Positions 23,892 through 35,800 of a stretch of 64,000 nucleotides of DNA are shown here, in pieces (positions within the stretch are counted from its first letter, which is position 1; each line of letters opens with the position of its first letter). The notes under the pieces were generated by a model. That model had not been told where the DNA came from and did no database searches. It saw only the letters and a program-made list of their open reading frames with translations. The stretch is from contig NIVC01001205.1 of assembly GCA_002269645.1 (NCBI GenBank), positions 1 through 64,000 of the forward strand. Reading direction: 5' to 3'. The position numbers and the translations under genes are program-made. Source of the DNA: Macrostomum lignano. Lineage: Eukaryota.

Positions 23892-26800
23892 ATGGCTGCA
23901 ATTAACGTTGTCAGCTGGCTCCTGATTCTGGGGCTGTTCTCTCACTGTTCAGCCACAAATATTCGACTCAATACCGATTACAGGCTTGATAACATTCTGA
24001 TTTTAGTTCAGAATGAAAACTTTGCCTCGGTTGATAACATGAAGGCGCTTAAAGTGAGTCAGGCTATTTTCAGAATAAAAAATATTTGTTATCGTATTTT
24101 CTATGGTAACTGCCACATACAGACTCTCATCCCATCTCACCTCCACTCTCACCCCGGTCCCCATCTCACCTCCACTCTCACCGCATCTCTCCTGCACTCT
24201 CACCCCATCTCTTCTCTACTCTCACTCAATCTCACCTCCACTCTCACCCCATCTCTCCTCCACTCTCACCCCATCTCTTCTCTACTCTCACCCCATCTCT
24301 ACTTCACTCTCACCCAATCTCACATCCACTCTCACCCCATCTCTCCTCCACTCTCACCCAATCTCACCTCCATTCTCACCTAATCTCACATCCACTATCA
24401 CCCCATCTCTCCTCCACTCTCATCCCATCTCACCTCCACTCTCACCCCATCTCACCTCCACTCTCACCCCAAGTCACCTCCACTCTTACCCCATCTCACC
24501 TCCAACCTCACCCCTTCCGTCCGCAGGGCTATCTAGCCTATGTTTCGCACCAGATGGCCCGAGCAACCGAGGCTGTTGGGCGGCGCATTTCCATTAATAC
24601 TGTCCGCCTGCTGGTTCCGCCAAGTAAAATCGCTGAGCTAAAGAATGCTGGCGTCTTCCCGTCCATGCCCGCCACCTGGGAATCCGAGGTCTCCGCCGAT
24701 GTCGTGCTGGAGAATCCTGGTGGAAAAGTGAAGACCATCCCGGCCGATGAGTGCTACGGGCCAAACAAATGGATTAAAATGCCCGAATACACGGTTCGGA
24801 GGAACGGTGAGTGACAAGTTCGCGTCTCGCTTCCATATGAGAGCTGAAGGGTAGGCGAACTGGGCCTGAGCCCTCTCCAACCTGTCCCTGTCTGTCTGTC
24901 TGACTGTCTGTCCCCGTCTCCAACCTGTCCCTGTCTGTCTGTCTGACTGTCTGTCCCCGTCTCCAACCTGTCCCTGTCTGTCTGTCTGACTGTCTCCAAC
25001 CTGTCCCTGTCTGTCTGTCTGACTGTCTCCAACCTGTCCCTGTCTGTCTGTCTGACTGTCTGTCCCCGTCTCCAACCTCTCTCTGCCTGTCTGTCTGTCC
25101 CTGTCCTCGACATGCCTGTCCGTGTCCCCAACCTCTCCCTGTCTCCCTGTCCCTGTCTCCAACCTCCCCCTGTCTGTCTGTCCCTGTCCCCGACCTCTCC
25201 CTGTCTGTCCGTCCCTGTCTCTGACCTCTCCCTGTCTGTCTGTCCCTGTCTCCAACCTGTCCCTGTCTGTCTATCCTTGTCTCCAACCTGTCCCTGTCTG
25301 TCTGTCCCCGTCTCCAACCTCTCCCTGTCTGTCTGCCCATGTCTCCAACCTCTCCCTGACTGTCTGCCCATGTCTCCAACCTCTCCCTGTCTGTCTGTCC
25401 CCGTCTCCAACCTCTCCCTGTCTGTCTGTCCCCGTCTCCAACCTCTCCCTGACTGTCTGTCCCTGTCTCCAACCTCTCCCTGTCTGTCTGTCCCTGTCTC
25501 TAACCTCTCCCTGTCTGTCCCTGTCTCCAACCTCTCCCTGTCTGTCTGTCCCTGTCTCCAACCTCTCCCTGTCTGTCCCTGTCTCCAACCTCTCCCTGTC
25601 TGTCTGTCCCTGTCTCCAACCTCTCCCTGTCTGTCCCTGTCTCCAACCTCTCCCTGTCTGTCTGTCCCTGTCTCCAACCTCTCCCTGTCTGTCCCTGTCT
25701 CCAACCTCTCCCTGTCTGTCTGTCCCTGTCTCCAACCTCTCCCTGACTGTCTGTCCATGTCTCCAAACTCTCCCTGACTGTCTGTCCATGTCTCCAACCT
25801 CTCCCTGTCTGTCTGCCCATGTCTCCAACCTCTCCCTGACTGTCTGCCCATGTCTCCAACGTCTCCCTGTCTGTCTGTCCCCGTCTCCAACCTCTCCCTG
25901 TCTGTCTGTCCCCGTCTCCAACCTCTCCCTGACTGTCTGTCCCTGTCTCCAACCTCTCCCTGTCTGTCTGTCCCTGTCTCCAACCTCTCCCTGACTGTCT
26001 GTCCATGTCTCCAACCTCTCCCTGACTGTCTGTCCCTGTCTCCAACCTCTCCCTGTCTGTCTGCCCATGTCTCCAGCCTCTCCCTGTCTGTCTGCCCATG
26101 TCTCCAACCTCTCCCTGACTGTCTGCCCATGTCTCCAACCTCTCCCTGTCTGTCTGTCCATGTCTCCAACCTCTCCCTGTCTGTCTGTCCCTGTCTCCAA
26201 CCTCTCCCTGTCTGTCTGTCCCTGTCTCCAACCTCTCCCTGTCTGTCTATCCCTGTCTCCAACCTGTCCCTGTCTGTCTGTCTGACTGTCTGTCCCGTCT
26301 CCAACCTCTCTCTGCCTGTCTGTCTGTCCCTGTCCCCGACATGCCTGTCCGTGTCCCCGACCTCTCCCTGTCTCCCTGTCCCTGTCTCCAACCTCCCCCT
26401 GTCTTTCTGTCCCTGTCCCCGACCTCTCCCTGTCTGTCCGTCCCTGTCTCTGACCTCTCCCTGTCTGTCTGTCCCTGTCTCCAACCTGTCCCTGACTGTC
26501 TGCCCATGTCTCCAACCTCTCCCTGACTGTCTGTCCATGTCTCCAACCTGTCCCTGTCTGTCTGTCCGTGTCTCCAACCTCTCCCTGTCTGTCTGTCCCT
26601 GTCTCCAACCTCTCCCTGTCTGTCCCTGTCTCCAACCCCCGTCCCTTTCTCAAAAGCAGAGAAAGCAATGCTGTTTACTTTCCTTGATTCATCTATTGAT
26701 TTAATTCCAGCAACTGCCAATAGTTTTCTCCGCGAGCTGTCCATCTACCTGTGGGGCCTGCTGTCAGAGTCGGTCAGCGGAGTGCAGTTCTATCAGGATG

Positions 26801-29800
26801 GTAGCGGCACTTTCCAGCCCTCCGTGTGCAGCTCGAACATGCCAGGGCAGTACAGGTTGCGCAACAGCATCTCCAGCGGTGCAGACAGCAGCAGCATCTG
26901 TCTCAGCGAGCTGGTACGCCTTGAGAACTTTTCGCTGGCTAAAATGCAGGAGATCTGCGAGTTCACCCCGAAGCCCAGCCCAACGGGAAACAATTGGGGC
27001 AGCATACTGAGCCAGCCGGTCAGTCTGTTCTGCGACAGCAAGTCGTTCAACAACGACACGAGAGTTCACCACAGCAGCCAAGTGCCGAATCCATTCAACA
27101 GAGCCTGCGGCGGTCTGTCAGCTGGTGAAGTACTTCGAAAGCATCTGCATTTTCTGCCCACCACACCTGGTGCATCGGTGCAAGAAACCCAGCCAACGGT
27201 GCTACTCGTGGAAAAGAGCGCATTCAGGGATGTCGTGCTGGTGTTGGACGTGTCTGGGAGCATGTCTGGGGTGAGCTTGTTTGGGCAAAGTATAACGTAC
27301 CGACATTGACCTTGGCTGCTATGTGACCTTCAGAATCCATATGACCCATATGACTCATCATGACTATAGTGACCGACTAGCAATCTAGTGCGGCCCCCCT
27401 TCGGGGCGCCCAATAAGAAAGGAGCAAAAATAGTTCATGGAAAACAATAAAAAAACACATTTTCTTAAACACCAATTCCTTCTTCACATTTTAAAAATCA
27501 CCTTATTCGTGTAAAATTGTCACGGACTAAGATGTTTGCAAAATTAAAAAATCACTTTTTCTCTAAAATTAACAAACAGTCAACAAAATATCGTTTCCCT
27601 AAATAGAAAATATTCCCAAGACAGCAAGCAACCCCCTCCAAAAGTGAACAATCGCAGATAGCAAGCATCCTCTAATGCTCATAGCAAGAATCACCACAGA
27701 TAGCAAGCATCTGCAGATTAGCAAGCACCCCCCAGATATTATAGAAGCATCCACCCAGATAGCAAGCATTCTGCAGATAGCAAGCACCCCCCAGATATTA
27801 TAGAAGCATCCACCCAGATAGCAAGCATCCTGCAGATAGCAAGAATCCCTAAATAGCAAGCATCCCTGGATAGAAAGAATCCCATGCATGTAGCCAGTAC
27901 CCCCTCTCCCAAATAGCAAGTATCCCCCTCGAGAGCAAGCATCCACGAGACAGCAAGTAGCTAGTGCAAATGTTACTTCCGCTAATGCAATAATCGCTTT
28001 CTCAGGTTGTGCAACAATCCACGTCTCAGCGAGCGCAATAATCTCTTTTTTAGACAGCGCAGTAATAAGCTTCTCAGCTAGTGCAATAATCCTTGGTTTA
28101 TTAATAGCAATAATCCTTGATTAATCAAGTGCAATAATCCTTGGCTTATCAAGTGCAATAATCCTTGGTTTATCAAGTGCAATAATCCTTGGTTTATCAA
28201 GTGCAATAATCCTTGGTTTATCAAGTGCAATAATCCTTGGTTTATCAAGCGCAGTAATCTTTGGCCTATCAAGTGCAATAATCCTTGGTTTATCAAGTGC
28301 AATAATCCTTGGTTTATTAAGTGCAATAATCCTTGGTTTATCAAGTGCAATAATCCTTGGCTTATCAAGTGCAATAATCCTTGGTTTATCTAGCGCAGTA
28401 ATCCTTGGCTTATCAAGTGCAATAATCCTTGGTTTATCAAGTGCAATATTTGTTTATCAAGTGCAATAATCCTTGGTTTATCAAGTGAAATAATCCTTGG
28501 TTTATCAAGTGCAATAATCCTTGGCTTATCAACTGCAATAATCCTTGGTTTATCAAGTGCAATAATCCTTGGTTTATCAAGCGCAGTAATCCTTGGCTTA
28601 TCAAGTGCAATAATCCTTGGTTTATCAAGTGCAGTAATCCTTGGTTTATCGAGTGCAGTAATCCTTAGTTTTCCAAGTGCAGTAATCCTTGGTTTATTAA
28701 GAGCAATAATCCTTGGCTTATCGAGTGCAGTAGTCCTTGGTTTATTAATAGCAATAATCCTTGAATAATCCAGTGCATTAATCCTTGGCTTATCAAGTGC
28801 AACATTCTTTACTATCAAGTGCAATAATCCATGGCTTATCAAGCGCTGTAATCCTTGGCTTATCAAGTGCAATAATCCTTGGTTTATCAAGTGCAATAAT
28901 CCTTGGTTTATCAAGTGCAATAATCCTTTGTTTATCAAGTGCAATAATCCTTGGTTTATCAAGCGCAGTAATCCTTGGCTTATCAAGTGCAATAATCCTT
29001 GGTTTATCAAGTGCAATAATCCTTGGTTTATCAAGCGCAGTAATCTTTGGCCTATCAAGTGCAATAATCCTTGGTTTATCAAGTGCAGTAATCCTTGGCC
29101 TATCAAGTGCAATAATCCTTGGTTTATCAAGTGCAATAGTCCTTGGTTTATCTAGTGCAGTAATCCTTCGTTTCCAAGTGCAATAATCCTTGGCTTCTTG
29201 AGTGCAGTAATCCTTGGTTTGCCAAGAGCAATAGTCCTTGGTTTGCCAAGAGCAATAGTCCTTGGTTTATCGAGTGCAGTAGTCCTTGGTTTATTAATAG
29301 CAATAATCCTTGGCTTATCGAGTGCAGTAATCTAAGTGTTTTTATTTAGTCCTTTAATAAAATCTTTTAATAAAAAATTTTACACTACTACTTTTAAACT
29401 ACTTAGATTCGAACCTAGGTCGCTGCATTAGCAGTCTGGTCTGTTCAGCTCTAGGCTAGCTCTCATCGAAGTTATCAGTGATGTTGTACCAATTATATAA
29501 TTCAACACTCACACCAAGTCAGGTAGAGTAAAAAGTCACACGAAGCAGTTATGACATAATCAATTTCTTAGGCAAGTCAGTACCAGTGTCTATGAAAGTT
29601 TACAATATGGTTACGTAATATAAATTCAGTACTGCGCTATGCTTTCACACTCAAAGCTGTGACGCAATTCAATTGAGTGTCAAATTCAGCCAGTACACAG
29701 ACGATAAATAAAGTGTATTGTGATGCAATCTATTTCAGAATCAGAATTCAACTAGTCAGTTTTTCTGCTAGCATTCTTACAATGCATTTCAAGTCGAAAG

Positions 29801-32800
29801 AGCTGCTTGACCTTTGCAAAAAAGCATGTTTTTCGAATATTTAATCCCTTTATTATTGAGCAATTTCTTAGCCAAGATGCATGTACAGTCACGGGAAAAT
29901 TTCTGATCGAACAGTGCTAGTTCGAACAAAATCGGTCCAGCCATTTTTTCTCTAATCGATCACATAGACACAGACAGACCATTTTTAGTATATAGGACTA
30001 GCAATCTTTGCCCCCCGATGGGGGACATCTGGATAGAACTTCTGTTCTCTACAAGTAAAAAAAAACCGCCAAATAGAGTCTTCACAAAGACAACAGAAAA
30101 ACTGCTCAAATGAAGCGCAATGCAAAAAGAAAACATCCCACGACAGCAAGCATCCCCCCTCCTCCCAGATAGCAAGCATCCCCCGATAGCAAGCACCCCC
30201 AGATAGCAAGCACCCCCAGATAGCAAGCACCCCCAGATAGCAAGCACCCCCAGATAGCAAGCACCCCCAGATAGCAAGCACCCCCAGATAGCAAGCACTC
30301 CCAGATAGCAAGCACCCCCAGATAGCAAGCACCCCCAGATAGCAAGCATCCCTCAGATAGCAAGCACCCCAGATAGAAAGAACCCCCAGATAGCAAGTAT
30401 CTATCCTTAAATAGCAAGCATCCACCAGACAAAAAGTATATAGTGCAACATTTCCTTTTAGCTTTCTAGGGGCTCCTTTATGATTGGCATGACGCTTCTT
30501 ATTACGTTTGAAAATGTCTCTCCTGTGGTTGAAATGGTGACTATTTTATGTTTGAATTGGTGGCTTTTTAATGTCTGGCATGGTGACTCTTTAATGTTCT
30601 ACATGGTGGCTCTTTAATGTTTGACATCGTGCCAGTTTTATGTTTGTCATGGTGGCTCCTTAATGTTAGAAACGGTGGCTCTTTAATGTTTGACATGGAG
30701 TCACATATATGTTTCACATGGTGGCTCTTCTATGTCTAACTTAGTAGCTCTTTTATGTTTGACATCGTGGCTCGTTAATGTTCGACATGGTGGCTCTTTA
30801 ACGTTCGACATGGTGGCTCTTTAATGTTCGACATGCTGGCTCTTTAATGTTTGACATGGTGGCTCTTTAATGTTCAACATGGTGGCTCTTTATTGTTTGA
30901 AATGGTGGCTCTTTAATGTTCAACATGGTGGCTCTTTATTGTTTGACATGGTGGCTTTTTAATGTTTGACATGGTGTCTCTTTATTGCTCGACATTGTGG
31001 CTCTTTATTGTTCTACATTGTGGCTCTTTAATTTTCTACATTGTTGCTCTTTAACGTTTGACATGGTGGCTCTTTAATGTTCTACATGGTGGTTCTTTAA
31101 TGTTTTACATTGTGGCTCTTTAATGTTCTACATTGTGGCTCTTTAATGTTCGACATGGTGGCTCTTAAATGTTCAACATGGTGGCTCTTTATTGTTTGAC
31201 ATAATGGCTTTTTAATGTTCGACATGGTGGCTCTTTACTGTTAGAAATGGTGGCTCTTTAATGTTAGACATGGTGGCTCTTTACTGTTAGAAATGGTGGC
31301 TCTTTAATGTTAGACATGGTGGCTCTTTAATGTTCTACATGGTGGCTCTTTAATGCTCTACATGGTGGCTCTTTAATTCTTGAAATGGTGGCTCTTTAAT
31401 GTTCGACATGGTGGCTCCTTTATGTTTAACATGGTGCTCTTAAATGTTCGACATCGTGGCTCTTTAATGTTTGACATGGTGGCTCTTTAGTGTTTAACAT
31501 GGAGTCACGTATGTGTTTGACATGGAGTCACGTATATATTTGGCATGGAGTCACGTATATGCTTTACATGGTGGCTCTTTTATGTTTGACATAGTGGCTC
31601 TTTAATGTTTGACATGGTGGCTCTTTAATGTTTGACATGGTGGCTCTTTTATGTTTGACATGATGGCTCTTTAATGTTCGACATGGTGGCTGTTTAATGT
31701 TTGTTATGTAGTCATATGTATATGTTTTACATGGTGGCTCTTTTATGTGTGACATGGAGTCACGTATATATTTGACATGGATTCACATATATCTTTGACA
31801 TGGTGGCTCTTTAGTGTTCGATATGGTGGCTCTTTAATGTTTGACATGGTGGCTCTTTTATGTTTGACATAGTGGCTCTTTAATGTTTGACATGGTGGCT
31901 CTTTTATGTTTGACATGATGGCTCCCTAATGTTCGACATGGTGGCTGTAAATTGTTTGTTATGTAGTCATATGTATATGTTTTACATGGTGGCTCTTTAT
32001 GTGTGACATGGAGTCACATATATATTTGACATGGAGTCACATATATGTTTGACATGGTGGCTCTTTAGTGTTCGATATGGTGGCTCTTTAATGTTTGACA
32101 TGGTGGCTTTTAATGTTCGACATGGTGGCTCTTTAATGTTAGACAGTGAGTCACGTATATGTTTGACATGGTGGCTCTTTAATGTTTGACATGGTGGCTC
32201 TTTAGTGTTTGACATGGCTCTTAAATGTTTGACATGGTGGCTCTTTAATGTTAGACATGGTGGCTCTTTAATGTTCTACATGGTGGCTCTTTAATGCTCT
32301 ACATTGTGGCTCTTTAATGCTCTACATGGTGGCTCTTTAATGTTCTACATGGTGGCTCTTAAATGCTTGACATTGTGGCTCTTTAATGTTCTACTTATTG
32401 TGGCTCTTTAATCTTCGACATGGTGGCTCTTTAATGTTCGATATGGTGGCTCTTTATTGTTTGACATGATGGCTCTTTAATGTTTGACATTGTGGCTCTT
32501 TAATGTTCTACATATTGTGGCCCTTTAATGTTCGACATGGTGGCTCTTTATGTTCTACATTGTGGCTCTTTATTGTTTGACATGATGGCTTTTTAATGTT
32601 CTACATTGTGGCTCTTTAATGTTTGACATTGTGGCTCTTTAATGCTCTACATGGTGGCTCTTTAATGCTTGACATTGTGGCTCTTTAATGTTCTACTTAT
32701 TGTGGCTCTTTAATCTTCGACATGGTGGCTCTTTAATGTTCGATATGGTGGCTCTTTATTGTTTGACATGATGGCTCTTTAATGTTTGACATTGTGGCTC

Positions 32801-35800
32801 TTTAATGTTCTACATGGTGGCTCTTTAATGTTTGACATAGTGGCTCTTTTATGCTTGAAATGGTGGCTCTTTAATGTTCGACATGGTGGCTCTTTAGTGT
32901 TTGACATGGTGGCTCTTTTATGTTTGACATGATGGCTCTTTAATGTTCGACATGGTGGCTGTTTAATGTTTGTTATGTAGTCATATGTATATGTTTTACA
33001 TGGTGGCTCTTTTATGTGTGACATGGAGTCACGTATATATTTGACATGGATTCACATATAAGTTTGACATGGTGGCTCTTTAGTGTTCGATATGGTGGCT
33101 CTTTAATGTTTGACATGGTGGCTCTTTTATGTTTGACATAGTGGCTCTTTAATGTTTTACATGGTGGCTCTTTTATGTTTGACATAATGGCTCCTTAATG
33201 TTCGACATGGTGGCTGTTAATTGTTTGTTATGTAGTCATAGGTATATGTTTTACATGGTGGCTCTTTTATGTGTGACATGGAGTCACGTATATATTTGAC
33301 ATGGAGTCACATATATGTTTGACATGGTGGCTCTTTAGTGTTCGATATGGTGGCTCTTTAATGTTTGACATGGTGGCTTTTAATGTTCGACATGGTGGCT
33401 CTTTAATGTTAGACAGTGAGTCACGTATATGTTTGACATGGTGGCTCTTTAATGTTTGACATGGTGGCTCTTTAATGTTTGACATAGTGGCTCTTTAATA
33501 TCTGACATGGTGGCTCTTTAATGTTTGACATGGTGGCTCTTTTATGTTCGACATGGTGGCTCTTTAATGTACGACATATTGGCTCGTTTATGTTCGACAT
33601 GGTGGCTCTTTAATGTTTGACATGGTGGCTCTTTTATGCTTGACATGGTGGCTCTTTAATGTTCGACATGGTGGCTCTTTTATGTTTGACATGGTGGCTC
33701 TTTTATGCTTGACATGGTGGCTCTTTAATGTTTGACATGGTGGCTCTTTAATGTACGACATAATGGCTCGTTTATGTTCGACATGGTGGCTCTTTAATGT
33801 TTGACATGGTAGCTCTGTTATGTTCGACATGGTGGCTCTTTTATGTTTGACAATGTGGCTCTTTAATGTTTTACATGGCGGCTCTTTTCTGTTCGAAATG
33901 GTGGCTCTTTAATGTTCGACATGGTGGCTCTTTAATGTTTGACATAGTGCTCTTTAATGTTCGACATGGTGGCACTTTAATGTTCGACGTGGTGGCTCTT
34001 TAATGTTCGAAATGGTGACTCTTTTATGTTTCACATGGTGGCTCTTTGATGTTTGACATAGAGTCACGTATATGTTTTACATGGTGCCCATGTAATGTTT
34101 GACATGGTTCCTCTTTTATGTTTGACATTGTGCTTTTTTATGTTTAGCAGTTTCGTGTTTTCAAGGTGTTTTATAAAAAAATTATTTTGCACTACTAAGA
34201 TTCGAACCCAGGTCGCTACGTTGGCAGTCCAGTCTGTTCGTATCTAGGCTATCTCTTTTCAATTGGAGTACATGAATTGTGGCCCTTATAATTCAATAGT
34301 TACAGCAAGTTGGTTAGAGTAAAAAGTTATGACATAATCAATTTCTCAGTCAGCCAGATTCAGTCTCAATTTAGGTTTGCAATATGGTTACGCAATTTAA
34401 ATCAAGTCGTGTGCACATTTCTTCGACACTGTTTTCAACTGGTTGTGATGCAATCTTTATCAGAATTGAAATTCATTCAGCAAGTTTTTTCTCTAGCATT
34501 CTGACAATGCATTTCAAGTTGAAAACTTTGCTTGACCTTTGCAAAAAAGCATGTTTTTCGAATATTTAATCCCTTTAACATTGAGCAATTTCTTAGCCAA
34601 GATACATGTACCGTCCCAGGAAAATTTCTGATCGAATGGTGCAAGTTTGAAAAAAATCGGTTGAGCCAATTTTTCTTAAATCAGTCGCATACCCATATAC
34701 ATACATACATACAGACAACTCATTTTTAGTATATAGGACTAGCAATCTTCGCCCCCCGATGGGGGACATCTGGATAGAACTTCTGTTCTCTACAAGTAAA
34801 AAAACCCGCCAAATAGAGTCTTCACAAAGACAACAGAAAAACTGCTCAAATGAAGCGCAATGCAAAAAGAAAACATCCCAAGACAGCAAACATCCCCCCT
34901 CCTCCCAGATAGCAAGCACCCCCAGATAGCAAGCACCCCCAGATAGCAAGCACCCCCAGATAGCAAGCACTCCCAGATAGCAAGCACCCCAGATAGCAAG
35001 CACCCCCAGATAGCAAGCACCCCCAGATAGCAAGCACCCCCAGATAGCAAGCACCCCAGATAGCAAGCACCCCCAGATAGCAAGCACCCCCAGATAGCAA
35101 GCACTCCCAGATAGCAAGCACCCCCAGATAGCAAGCACCCCCAGATAGCAAGCACCCCCAGATAGCAAGCACCCCCAGATAGCAAGCACCCCCAGATAGC
35201 AAGCATCCCTCAGATAGCAAGCACCCCAGATAGAAAGAACCCCCAGATAGCAAGTATCTATCCTTAAATAGCAAGCATCCACCAGACAAAAAGAATATGG
35301 TGCAACATTTCCTTTTAGCTTTCTGAGGGCTCCTTTATGATTGGCATGACGCTTCTTATTACGTTTGAAAATGTCTCTCTTGTGTTTGAAATGGTGGCTA
35401 TTTTATGTTTGAATTGGTGGCTTTTTAATGTTTGGCATGGTGACTCTTTAATGTTCTACATGGTGGCTCTTTAATGTTTGACAATTTATGTTTGTGCCAG
35501 TTTTATGTTTGTCATGGTGGCTCCTTAATGTTAGAAACGGTGGCTCTTTAATGTTTGACATGGAGTCACATATATGTTTCACATGGTGGCTCTTCTATGT
35601 CTAACTTGGTAGCTCTTTTATGTTTGACATCGTGGCTCGTTAATGTTCGACATGGTGGCTCTTTAACGTTCGACATGGTGGCTCTTTAATGTTCGACATG
35701 GTGGCTCTTTACTGTTTGACAATGTGGCTCTTTAATGTTTGACATGGTGGCTCTTTAACGTTCGACATGGTGGCGCTTTAATGTTCGACATGGTGGCTCT

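Noticed and set aside
21967-26744. Pro/Ser/Leu-rich and RDRQTG-type ORFs up to 607 aa
   Set aside because: Low-complexity CT and CTGT repeats; overlapping ORFs in up to six frames; no domain signal.
29406-29460. Functional tRNA gene
   Set aside because: It has a B box and an anticodon-like arm but no acceptor stem or complete cloverleaf; kept only as a tRNA-derived cassette.
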